A stretch of 64,000 nt of DNA, from the NCBI GenBank assembly GCA_040954595.2, contig CM082591.2, forward strand, positions 9,627,309 to 9,691,308, in the 5' to 3' direction. Positions 12,223 to 24,472 of this stretch are shown here, in pieces (the stretch's first letter is position 1; every line of letters starts with the position of its first letter). Source of the DNA: Balanoglossus misakiensis. Taxonomy: Eukaryota > Animalia > Hemichordata. The position numbers were made by a program, and so were the translations under genes. The notes beneath the pieces were generated by a model, which worked only from the letters and a program-made list of their open reading frames with translations, was not told the DNA's origin and made no database searches.

Positions 12223-12475
12223 GGGACTGTTCAGAATTTACTTCCAAGTTGGGGATGGAGGATTTTTTATTTTCCTGGTGATTTTTTTCCATGGTCTCCC
12301 CTAGTAAATTGTGGAGGAAATATGTGGTCCCTCCTTAAATTTCCTGGGGGTTTTCCATGGTCCCCCTATTGTGACTTTTATGTCTAGTCTCCCCTAATTT
12401 GTCTTGGAGAAAATGGGTGGTCCCCCCCCCTTCTGAAAATTCTCCGCCCCCTGGAAGTAAATTCTGAACAGTCCC
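12223..12475. mobile_element. MITE / non-autonomous DNA transposon, 24-bp TIR, TTA TSD (PIF/Harbinger-like); one copy per unit
   Basis: GGGACTGTTCAGAATTTACTTCCA ... TGGAAGTAAATTCTGAACAGTCCC is a perfect inverted pair, flanked by TTA at 12220-12222 and 12476-12478. Other copies start at about 14738, 17248, 22222, 25925, 28439, 30953, 33465, 38490, 40936, 43453, 51007, 53523, 56023, 61037 and 63553, among others. The superfamily call rests only on the TWA TSD and GGG termini. Confidence 0.85.
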
Positions 12476-12579
12476 TTATTAAAGCCAACAGCTAGCACCC
12501 TGGCTTCTCTGCCAGAGGAGCGATAACATCGACAAAATGCAGATACACAAGAAATGAGCACTTTATTCCACAAGTGAAG

Positions 12580-12667
12580 TAGTCTGTTCCCTGCCCCATT
12601 CCCACCGCTGGCTGCGCCCTTTAGCGTAGCGCCGATGGCAGTGGGAATGGGGCAGGGGACCAGACTA
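12580..12667. mobile_element. 88-bp palindromic MITE with TAG..CTA termini and 9-bp TSD (AcademH-like or MULE-like); one copy per unit
   Basis: The arm TAGTCTGTTCCCTGCCCCATTCCCACCGC pairs with GCAGTGGGAATGGGGCAGGGGACCAGACTA (about 29 bp, near perfect). Direct repeat CAAGTGAAG at 12571-12579 and 12668-12676. Other copies start at 15090, 17603, 20093, 22577, 26280, 28794, 31307, 33824, 36331, 38777, 41293, 43809, 46332, 48847, 51364, 53877, 56377, 58894, 61393 and 63909. Confidence 0.85.
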
Positions 12668-15600
12668 CAAGTGAAGAACCCCAGTAACAGACGTAACGAA
12701 CAAACAAACTACATGTACTAACAACAAAGCAAGAAAAGTGTCAAGCGTCGTCAAAGAAAACGAAAAAGTTCTAGCATGGTTGGTAAAAGTTATTGGTAGA
12801 AAACGAATAGGGCCTTCTACAAATGACGTCTCAGACCCGCAAACGCCACCAGAACACAAAACACATGCACAGAACAGTTTAAGCCGGTTGTTGTATGGAG
12901 CAGCAATAATCTGCGGTTGGGCCGTCGTAGATTTTCGCTGGTGGTGAAAATAAATAAAACACGATCGATGTTCGATTTATTCCAGATCACATGCGTTTAC
13001 GGCCAGGAGAGAGCATAAAAGTCTTCAAATGACCATGTGGTGGCGCACTTTTTCCGATTGGCTGTATTTCAATTTGTTCGTGGTAAATTAATTTTGTAGA
13101 GGTGACCGGCACTGAAGCTCTTAGCTAGGATGAGGTGGGATGGAAAAGTGCCCCATTTTAGCTGTTTTAAAATATACGACTTTTTATAGACAAAAGGAAA
13201 ATAAAACAAGCGCAAAAACATACCAAACCTAGTTTTATTAATTAAAAACAAAATTGCTGAGTAAAGGTTTTCATGTGGGCATTCACTTTGAACTTGCTAA
13301 ATTAATTTAAAGAGACAACGTCGCTCTCTCTTTGTCCTTTTGCGATGATAGAATGCTTGCTTGAAGTCTCTCGTGCAATAAATGATGTCGATTCATACAT
13401 GTATGGATGGTGTATAGGTGGTCGGAATTTACATGTCTTTGCCACGACCAAACCAACAACACGTAAAATCAAAGTTTGGGTCATGAAATCGAGTTTTGTT
13501 ACAGTCTAGAATTTCATGCCACCCCTTATGGTCATATTATTCTTGGTAGGCAAAAGTGACAAGTAGTCAAGTTTCAACACAGGCAACATTTTTTACAAAC
13601 AAACCACAAAGAAGACATCAAAAGGGAGAGAATTATAGAATGGTCAATGTGTGAAAAGTTAAGATACGTAAAGTGGCCGGGTTCAACATTAACTCATCGA
13701 CTTCATATCGTCTTCATGCCATGGTTTTTGCCTGCCCTGAAAGTTCTTGTCGTTGCAGAAGTGGTTTTGACAGAAAGAATTTAGTCTTCCGGGATGTTTG
13801 TGATTATTTGAACACCAGACAATACAATGCAACCTTGACTTCCAAAATACTTACCGGCATTGCATTATCTTACCATGGTTAGGCCTACAGTGAACAAATA
13901 TTCAACAATATTTTCTGAGTTACCGCTGATATTTGTTTTGTAGTATGGATATTAAATTATACATCCCGATACAAAACAGAATGTTATAGAATCCTTCCTG
14001 AGTGATATTGAAAAAATTACCGGAATGCTACCGCCTAATCTATGGTTAGGGTTATTGCTATTATTTTATATCAGTAATCGACTTTGTGTATATCAATGTC
14101 ATTTTCATAACGAAAATGAACTCGAGTCTAATGTAAACGTTACGAATTGATCGAAAGGCGCTCTGATGAATGTTAACACGAGTGCGCAGTGACAAGACAT
14201 GCATCGTGCATGACAGTGACAACAGTTCCTATAGAGCAGTTAAAAAATAAACCGGCCGTCCGGAAATTTATCAGCTATATTTTTTTTATTTAGTCACGTT
14301 TTCCCTGTTGCATGCTATTAATTCAGGGGCCAGTTTTAGCAGTGCTCTATTGAGTACTTTCGTATCGATGGATTGATCTCTCGTCCAATCAGAATGGCGG
14401 ATGGTAGCATGATCCGACATATTGCGTATTACAATAGGGCTTCCTCATACAGGTCAGAACGGAGAGGTCATTCCTTTTATTTTAGGACGTCTCAGCTCCT
14501 TTGTCTTTTCTGTTATAGTGTTAAAGAAATCAAACAGTTTTGTTTTGGCCGGTAAACACCGATGGATTAACTCTTAAGTCCATCGTGCATCCAAACGCAG
14601 TCGAGTCGGTTTGGTCATTGTTTATGCGACAGTAAATGCCAAATGTGACAGAAGCATCATATTAAATGAGATAGAATACACAAACAAACAAACATACGAA
14701 TAAACAAACAGGCAAACAAACAAACAAACAACCATTAGGGACTGTTCAGAATTTACTTCCAAGTTGGGGATGGAGGATTTTTTATTTTCCTGGTGATTTT
14801 TTTCCATGGTCTCCCCTAGTAAATTGTGGAGGAAATATGTGGTCCCTCCTTAAATTTCCTGGGGGTTTTCCATGGTCCCCCTATTGTGACTTTTATGTCT
14901 AGTCTCCCCTAATTTGTCTTGGAGAAAATGGGTGGTCCCCCCCCCCTCTGAAAATTCTCCGCCCCCTGGAAGTAAATTCTGAACAGTCCCTTATTAAAGC
15001 CAACAGCTAGCAGCTTCTCTGCCAGAGGAGCGATAACATCGACAAAATGCAGATACACAAGAAATGAGCACTTTATTCCACAAGTGAAGTAGTCTGTTCC
15101 CTGTCCCATTCCCACCGCTGGCTGCGCCCTTTAGCGTAGCGCCGATGGCAGTGGGAATGGGGCAGGGGACCAGACTACAAGTGAAGAACCCCAGTAACAG
15201 ACGTAACGAACAAACAAACTACATGTACTAACAACAAAGCAAGAAAAGTGTCAAGCGTCGTCAAAGAAAACGAAAAAGTTCTAGCATGGTTGGTAAAAGT
15301 TATTGGTAGAAAACGAATAGGGCCTTCTACAAATGACGTCTCAGACCCGCAAACGCCACCAGAACACAAAACACATGCACAGAACAGTTTAAGCCGGTTG
15401 TTGTATGGAGCAGCAATAATCTGCGGTTGGGCCGTCGTAGATTTTCGCTGGTGGTGAAAATAAATAAAACACGATCGATGTTCGATTTATTCCAGATCGC
15501 ATGCGTTTACGGCCAGGAGAGAGCATAAAAGTCTTCAAATGACCATGTGGTGGCGCACTTTTTCCGATTGGCTGTATTTCAATTTGTTCGTGGTAAATTA

Positions 15601-18600
15601 ATTTTGTGGAGGTGACCGGCACTGAAGCTCTTAGCTAGGATGAGGTGGGATGGAAAAATGCCCCATTTTAGCTGTTTTAAAATATACGACTATTTATAGA
15701 CAAAAGGAAAATAAAACAAGCGCAAAAACATACCAAACCTAGTTTTATTAATTAAAAACAAAATTGCTGAGTAAAGGTTTTCATGTGGGCATTCACTTTG
15801 AACTTGCTAAATTAATTTAAAGAGACAAAGTCGCTCTCTCTTTGTCCTTTTGCGATGATAGAATGCTTGCTTGAAGTCTCTCGTGCAATAAATGATGTCG
15901 ATTCATACATGTATGGATGGTGTATAGGTGGTCGGAATTTACATGTCTTTGCCACGACCAAACCAACAACACGTAAAATCAAAATTTGGGTCATGAAATC
16001 GAGTTTTGTTACAGTCTAGAATTTCATGCCACCCCTTATGGTCATATTATTCTTGGTAGGCAAAAGTGACAAGTAGTCAAGTTTCAACACAGGCAACATT
16101 TTTAACAAACAAACCACCAAAAAGACATCAAAAGGGAGAGAATTATAGAATGGTCAATGTGTGAAAAGTTAAGATACGTAAAGTGGCCGGGTTCAACATT
16201 AACTCATCGACTTCATATCGTCTTCATGCCATCGTTTTTGCCTGCCCTGAAAGTTCTTGTCGTTGCAGAAGTGGTTTTGACAGAAAGAATTTAGTCTTCC
16301 GGGATGTTTGTGATTATTTGAACACCAGACAATACAATGCAACCTTGACTTCCAAAATACTTACCGGCATTGCATTATCTTACCATGGTTAGGCCTACAG
16401 TGAACAAATTTTCAACAATATTTTCTGAGTTACCGCTGATATTTGTTTTGTAGTATGGATATTAAATTATACATCCCGATACAAAACAGAATGTTATAGA
16501 ATCCTTCCTGAGTGATATTGAAAAAATTACCGGAATGCTACCGCCTAATCTATGGTTAGGGTTATTGCTATTATTTTATATCAGTAATCGACTTTGTGTA
16601 TATCAATGTCATTTTCATAACGAAAATGAACTCGAGTCTAATGTAAACGTTACGAATTGATCGAAAGGCGCTCTGATGAATGTTAACACGAGTGCGCAGT
16701 GACAAGACATGCATCGCGCATGACAGTGACAACAGTTCCTATAGAGCAGTTAAAAAATAAACCGGCCGTCCGTAAATTTATCAGCTATATTTTTTTTATT
16801 TAGTCACGTTTTCCCTGTTGCATGCTATTAGTTCAGGGGCCAGTTTTAGCAGTGCTCTATTGAGTACTTTCGTATCGATGGATTGATCTCTCGTCCAATC
16901 AGAATGGCGGATGGTAGCATGATCCGACATATTGCGTATTACAATAGGGCTTCCTCATACAGGTCAGAACGGAGAGGTCATTCCTTTTATTTTAGGACGT
17001 CTCAGCTCCTTTGTCTTTTCTGTTATAGTGTTAAAGAAATCAAACGGTTTTGTTTTGGCCGGTAAACACCGATGGATTAACTCTTAAGTCCATCGTGCAT
17101 CCAAACGCAGTCGAGTCGGTTTGGTCATTGTTTATGCGACAGCAAATGCCAAATGTGACAGAAGCATCCTATTAAATGGGATAGAATACACAAACAAACA
17201 AACATACGAATAAACAAACAGGCAAACAAACAAACAAACAACCATTAGGGACTGTTCAGAATTTACTTCCAAGTTGGGGATGGAGGATTTTTTATTTTCC
17301 TGGTGATTTTTTTCCATGGTCTCCCCTAGTAAATTGTGGAGGAAATATGTGGTCCCTCCTTAAATTTCCTGGGGATTTTCCATGGTCCCCCTATTGTGAC
17401 TTTTATGTCTAGTCTCCCCTAATTTGTCTTGGAGAAAATGGGTGCCCCCCCCCCTCTGAAAATTCTCCGCCCCCTGGAAGTAAATTCTGAACAGTCCCTT
17501 ATTAAAGCCAACAGCTAGCGCCCTGGCTTCTCTGCCAGAGGAGCGATAACATCGACAAAATGCAGATACACAAGAAATGAGCACTTTATTCCACAAGTGA
17601 AGTAGTCTGTTCCCTGTCCCATTCCCACCGCTGGCTGCGCCCTTTAGCGTAGCGCCGATGGCAGTGGGAATGGGGCAGGGGACCAGACTACAAGTGAAGA
17701 ACCCCAGTAACAGACGTAACGAACAAACAAACTACATGTACTAACAACAAAGCAAGAAAAGTGTCAAGCGTCGTCAAAGAAAACGAAAAAGTTCTAGCAT
17801 GGTTGGTAAAAGTTATTGGTAGAAAACGAATAGGGCCTTCTACAAATGACGTCTCAGACCCGCAAACGCCACCAGAACACAAAACACATGCACAGAACAG
17901 TTTAAGCCGGTTGTTGTATGGAGCAGCAATAATCTGCGGTTGGGCCGTCGTAGATTTTCGCTGGTGGTGAAAATAAATAAAACACGATCGATGTTCGATT
18001 TATTCCAGATCACATGCGTTTACGGCCAGGAGAGAGCATAAAAGTCTTCAAATGACCATGTGGTGGCGCACCTTTTCCGATTGGCTGTATTTCAATTTGT
18101 TCGTGGTAAATTAATTTTGTGGAGGTGACCGGCACTGAAGCTCTTAGCTAGGATGAGGTGGGATGGAAAAATGCCCCATTTTAGCTGTTTTAAAATATAC
18201 GACTATTTATAGACAAAAGGAAAATAAAACAAGCGCAAAAACATACCAAACCTAGTTTTATTAATTAAAAACAAAATTGCTGAGTAAAGGTTTTCATGTG
18301 GGCATTCACTTTGAACTTGCTAAATTAATTTAAAGAGACAAAGTCGCTCTCTCTTTGTCCTTTTGCGATGATAGAATGCTTGCTTGAAGTCTCTCGTGCA
18401 ATAAATGATGTCGATTCATACATGTATGGATGGTGTATAGGTGGTCGGAATTTACATGTCTTTGCCACGACCAAACCAACAACACGTAAAATCAAAGTTT
18501 GGGTCATGAAATCGAGTTTTGTTACAGTCTAGAATTTCATGCCACCCCTTATGGTCATATTATTCTTGGTTATCAAAAGTGACAAGTAGTCAAGTTTCAA

Positions 18601-21600
18601 CACAGGCAACATTTTTTACAAACAAACCACAAAGAAGACATCAAAAGGGAGAGAATTATAGAATGGTCAATGTGTGAAAAGTTAAGATACGTAAAGTGGC
18701 CGGGTTCAACATTAACTCATCGACTTCATATCGTCTTCATGCCATGGTTTTTGCCTGGTTTTGACAGAAAGAATTTAGTCTTCCGGGATGTTTGTGATTA
18801 TTTGAACACCAGACAATACAATGCAACCTTGACTTCCAAAATACTTACCGGCATTGCATTATCTTACCATGGTTAGGCCTACAGTGAACAAATTTTCAAC
18901 AATATTTTCTGAGTTACCGCTGATATTTGTTTTGTAGTATGGATATTAAATTATACATCCCGATACAAAACAGAATGTTATAGAATCCTTCCTGAGTGAT
19001 ATTGAAAAAATTACCGGAATGCTACCGCCTAATCTATGGTTAGGGTTATTGCTATTATTTTATATCAGTAATCGACTTTGTGTATATCAATGTCATTTTC
19101 ATAACGAAAATGAACTCGAGTCTAATGTAAACGTTACGAATTGATCGAAAGGCGCTCTGATGAATGTTAACACGAGTGCGCAGTGACAAGACATGCATCG
19201 TGCGTGACAGTGACAACAGTTCCTATAGAGCAGTTAAAAAATAAACCGGCCGTCCGTAAATTTATCAGCTATATTTTTTTTATTTAGTCACGTTTTCCCT
19301 GTTGCATGCTATTAGTTCAGGGGCCAGTTTTAGCAGTGCTCTATTGAGTACTTTCGTATCGATGGATTGATCTCTCGTCCAATCAGAATGGCGGATGGTA
19401 GCATGATCCGACATATTGCGTATTACAATAGGGCTTCCTCATACAGGTCAGAACGGAGAGGTCATTCCTTTTATTTTAGGACGTCTCAGCTCCTTTGTCT
19501 TTTCTGTTATAGTGTTAAAGAAATCAAACGGTTTTGTTTTGGCCGGTAAACACCGATGGATTAACTCTTAAGTCCATCGTGCATCCAAACGCAGTCGAGT
19601 CGGTTTGGTCATTGTTTATGCGACAGCAAATGCCAAATGTGACAGAAGCATCCTATTAAATGAGATAGAATACACAAACAAACAAACAAACATACGAATA
19701 AACAAACAGGCAAACAAACAAACAAACAACCATTAGGGACTGTTCAGAATTTACTTCCAAGTTGGGGATGGAGGATTTTTTTATTTTCCTGGTGATTTTT
19801 TTCCATGGTCTCCCCTAGTAAATTGTGGAGGAAATATGTGGTCCCTCCTTAAATTTCCTGGGGATTTTCCATGGTCCCCCTATTGTGACTTTTATGTCTA
19901 GTCTCCCCTAATTTGTCTTGGAGAAAATGGGTGGTCCCCCCCCCTCTGAAAATTCTCCGCCCCCTGGAAGTAAATTCTGAACAGTCCCTTATTAAAGCCA
20001 ACAGCTAGCGCCCTGGCTTCTCTGCCAGAGGAGCGATAACATCGACAAAATGCAGATACACAAGAAATGAGCACTTTATTCCACAAGTGAAGTAGTCTGT
20101 TCCCTGCCCCATTCCCACCGCTGGCTGCGCCCTTTAGCGTAGCGCCGATGGCAGTGGGAATGGGGCAGGGGACCAGACTACAAGTGAAGAACCCCAGTAA
20201 CAGACGTAACGAACAAACAAACTACATGTACTAACAACAAAGCAAGAAAAGTGTCAAGCGTCGTCAAAGAAAACGAAAAAGTTCTAGCATGGTTGGTAAA
20301 AGTTATTGGTAGAAAACGAATAGGGCCTTCTACAAATGACGTCTCAGACCCGCAAACGCCACCAGAACACAAAACACATGCACAGAACAGTTTAAGCCGG
20401 TTGTTGTATGGAGCAGCAATAATCTGCGGTTGGGCCGTCGTAGATTTTCGCTGGTGGTGAAAATAAATAAAAAACGATCGATGTTCGATTTATTCCAGAT
20501 CACATGCGTTTATGGCCAGGAGAGAGCATAAAAGTCTTCAAATGACCATGTGGTGGCGCACCTTTTCCGATTGGCTGTATTTCAATTTGTTCGTGGTAAA
20601 TTAATTTTGTGGAGGTGACCGGAACTGAAGCTCTTAGCTAGGATGAGGTGGGATGGAAAAATGCCCCATTTTAGCTGTTTTAAAATATACGACTATTTAT
20701 AGACAAAAGGAAAATAAAACAAGCGCAAAAACATACCAAACCTAGTTTTATTAATTAAAAACAAAATTGCTGAGTAAAGGTTTTCATGTGGGCATTCACT
20801 TTGAACTTGCTAAATTAATTTAAAGAGACAAAGTCGCTCTCTCTTTGTCCTTTTGCGATGATAGAATGCTTGCTTGAAGTCTCTCGTGCAATAAATGATG
20901 TCGATTCATACATGTATGGATGGTGTATAGGTGGTCGGAATTTACATGTCTTTGCCACGACCAAACCAACAACACGTAAAATCAAAGTTTGGGTCATGAA
21001 ATCGAGTTTTGTTACAGTCTAGAATTTCATGCCACCCCTTATGGTCATATTATTCTTGGTAGGCAAAAGTGACAAGTAGTCAAGTTTCAACACAGGCAAC
21101 ATTTTTTACAAACAAACCACAAAGAAGACATCAAAAGGGAGAGAATTATAGAATGGTCAATGTGTGAAAAGTTAAGATACGTAAAGTGGCCGGGTTCAAC
21201 ATTAACTCATCGACTTCATATCGTCTTCATGCCATGGTTTTTGCCTGGTTTTGACAGAAAGAATTTAGTCTTCCGGGATGTTTGTGATTATTTGAACACC
21301 AGACAATACAATGCAACCTTGACTTCCAAAATACTTACCGGCATTGCATTATCTTACCATGGTTAGGCCTACAGTGAACAAATTTTCAACAATATTTTCT
21401 GAGTTACCGCTGATATTTGTTTTGTAGTATGGATATTAAATTATACATCCCGATACAAAACAGAATGTTATAGAATCCTTCCTGAGTGATATTGAAAAAA
21501 TTACCGGAATGCTACCGCCTAATCTATGGTTAGGGTTATTGCTATTATTTTATATCAGTAATCGACTTTGTGTATATCAATGTCATTTTCATAACGAAAA

Positions 21601-23290
21601 TGAACTCGAGTCTAATGTAAACGTTACGAATTGATCGAAAGGCGCACTGATGAATGTTAACACGAGTGCGCAGTGACAAGACATGCATCGTGCGTGACAG
21701 TGACAACAGTTCCTATAGAGCAGTTAAAAAATAAACCGGCCGTCCGTAAATTTATCAGCTATATTTTTTTTATTTAGTCACGTTTTCCCTGTTGCATGCT
21801 ATTAGTTCAGGGGCCAGTTTTAGCAGTGCTCTATTGAGTACTTTTGTATCGATGGATTGATCTCTCGTCCAATCAGAATGGCGGATGGTAGCATGATCCG
21901 ACATATTGCGTATTACAATAGGGCTTCCTCATACAGGTCAGAACGGAGAGGTCATTCCTTTTATTTTAGGACGTCTCAGCTCCTTTGTCTTTTCTGTTAT
22001 AGTGTTAAAGAAATCAAACGGTTTTGTTTTGGCCGGTAAACACCGATGGATTAACTCTTAAGTCCATCGTGCATCCAAACGCAGTCGAGTCGGTTTGGTC
22101 ATTGTTTATGCGACAGTAAATGCCAAATGTGACAGAAGCATCATATTAAATGAGATAGAATACACAAACAAACAAACATACGAATAAACAAACAGGCAAA
22201 CAAACAAACAAACAACCATTAGGGACTGTTCAGAATTTACTTCCAAGTTGGGGATGGAGGATTTTTTATTTTCCTGGTGATTTTTTTCCATGGTCTCCCC
22301 TAGTAAATTGTGGAGGAAATATGTGGTCCCTCCTTAAATTTCCTGGGGATTTTCCATGGTCCCCCTATTGTGACTTTTATGTCTAGTATCCCCTAATTTG
22401 TCTTGGAGAAAATGGGTGGTCCCCCCCCTCTGAAAATTCTCCGCCCCCTGGAAGTAAATTCTGAACAGTCCCTTATTAAAGCCAACAGCTAGCACCCTGG
22501 CTTCTCTGCCAGAGGAGCGATAACATCGACAAAATGCAGATACACAAGAAATGAGCACTTTATTCCACAAGTGAAGTAGTCTGTTCCCTGCCCCATTCCC
22601 ACCGCTGGCTGCGCCCTTTAGCGTAGCGCCGATGGCAGTGGGAATGGGGCAGGGGACCAGACTACAAGTGAAGAACCCCAGTAACAGACGTAACGAACAA
22701 ACAAACTACATGTACTAACAACAAAGCAAGAAAAGTGTCAAGCGTCGTCAAAGAAAACGAAAAAGTTCTAGCATGGTTGGTAAAAGTTATTGGTAGAAAA
22801 CGAATAGGGCCTTCTACAAATGACGTCTCAGACCCGCAAACGCCACCAGAACACAAAACACATGCACAGAACAGTTTAAGCCGGTTGTTGTATGGAGCAG
22901 CAATAACCTGCGGTTGGGCCGTCGTAGATTTTCGCTGGTGGTGAAAATAAATAAAACACGATCGATGTTCGATTTATTCCAGATCACATGCGTTTACGGC
23001 CAGGAGAGAGCATAAAAGTCTTCAAATGACCATGTGGTGGCGCACTTTTTCCGATTGGCTGTATTTCAATTTGTTCGTGGTAAATTAATTTTGTGGAGCT
23101 GACCGGCACTGAAGCTCTTAGCTAGGATGAGGTGGGATGGAAAAATGCCCCATTTTAGCTGTTTTAAAATATACGACTATTTATAGACAAAAGGAAAATA
23201 AAACAAGCGCAAAAACATACCAAACCTAGTTTTATTAATTAAAAACAAAATTGCTGAGTAAAGGTTTTCATGTGGGCATTCACTTTGAAC

Positions 23291-24472
23291 CACGGGCGTC
23301 ATGGAACAATAAAGTGTATAGATATTAATAAACTTTTCATAAACGCGACGTCCTCAATGAACAAAGAATAAAATATTTCATGGGTTTGTTTGGTGTGGAC
23401 GAGAAATGCACTAAAGCTAGGTCAGTGTTAACTTTATGTGCAAAACCACACCGTACGCGTACCTCTATAGGGGATAGGCACCGTGTGTATACGATCTCGT
23501 CTTGAGCAGTAAAGGCGATGTCTACGCATGCGTGCGCGCCCGCAACTGATCTGTGTACGTGAGTACACATATATACAGGGTATGAAACGAATTTTCAGCC
23601 CACCGCCATTTGGCAACTATTACGAAGAGAATCGCTACCAAACCAGAGTATTTGTTTTAGATTAGATAGAAACCTAATGTCTGGCTTTTCAATTTTCAAA
23701 AGTCGGTCGAACATTCGAGATATTATCGATCGAAAAGTGTCACTCGTCCTGGGGACGTGCGTTACCGACGCAAATTTCTCTCTGAAAGGTATACATAGGA
23801 CATACTGTTTCATGAAAAAAAAATCATAGCAAATATAACAGTGATGCACATGAACAACGTCCACCATGACTGGGAGGAGCTGAACTGAGCTCACGCATAG
23901 TTTCATACACATGATATAAAACCCGGCGATCGAACACGGCACTTCCGGTCACCAGATTCGCAATGGTTTTGTATACGGATTTGTTGTATTTTTCACGTTT
24001 TCCGTTTTTTATTCATGATTAATCCAACACTTTTCAAGACACATTCTAAGCAAAAATGAAAATTATTGACTAAACTTCGATGGCACTCTGCTCCGTAGAA
24101 CAAAGTGTCCCCCTGTCCCCCCTTTTTAGTAACGCACGTCCCCAGACTCCATGTGAGCGATTGCATACCCTTCCTTACATACACTGTATACGAGCGCGTC
24201 TGTCCTGGCTAGCAACGGAGTCGTACGATCGTCTGCCGCGCGCGCTGGGCCCGGCGCGTGCGCGCGTGCGGTTGTAGATTGCTCCAACACTTCCGCGTTC
24301 GGCGCGTTCGGCGGCGCTAGTGCGTTCGCTCGCATATTTTGCGAGTCCAGCTGTAGCTAGGCCGTTCGTGAGTGTAGTTCTCGTTCACATAAAAAAAGGA
24401 AATAATTTATTGTGTATTCGTTTAGACCTATGCTAAATTATCCATACACTTTATTGTTCCATGACGCCCGTG
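23291..24472. mobile_element. 1182-bp non-autonomous DNA transposon (P-superfamily-like) inserted in a single macrosatellite unit
   Basis: Perfect 29-bp TIRs CACGGGCGTCATGGAACAATAAAGTGTAT / ATACACTTTATTGTTCCATGACGCCCGTG, extending to 34 bp with one mismatch. 7-bp TSD TTTGAAC at 23284-23290 and 24473-24479. The empty site CACTTTGAACTTGCT is seen in the other 19 complete units. CANRG termini with a 7-8-bp TSD fit the P superfamily. No transposase ORF. Confidence 0.92.
23749..24145. repeat. Segment bounded by a perfect 17-bp inverted repeat inside the P-like element (possible nested MITE)
   Basis: CTGGGGACGTGCGTTAC at 23749-23765 and GTAACGCACGTCCCCAG at 24129-24145. No clear TSD. Confidence 0.6.

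Noticed and set aside
12394-12410. U7-type Sm site AATTTGTCT
   Set aside because: It lies inside a MITE, lacks the terminal AG, and has no histone-downstream-element complement or 3' hairpin.
12770-12985. tRNA or SINE A/B boxes (TAGCATGGTTGGTA ... GTTCGATTT)
   Set aside because: Both boxes are imperfect, lie about 200 bp apart, and give no cloverleaf.
12990-13150. 5S rRNA similarity (GTTTACGGCCA, CACTGAAGCT; also GGCCTGGTTA in the satellite)
   Set aside because: Only scattered matches of about 10 nt at the wrong spacing; no 120-nt colinear 5S sequence or internal control region.
14148-14200. Hammerhead ribozyme or C/D snoRNA at CGAAAGGCGCTCTGATGA
   Set aside because: CTGATGA is present, but no GAAA closes a stem II downstream and the upstream GAAA is too close to form stems I and III. 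There is no RTGATGA with a paired box D and terminal stem.
23595-23942. THAP or transposase remnant in the longest ORF (115 aa)
   Set aside because: No C2CH THAP signature or DDE motifs, and the ORF straddles the internal inverted repeat.
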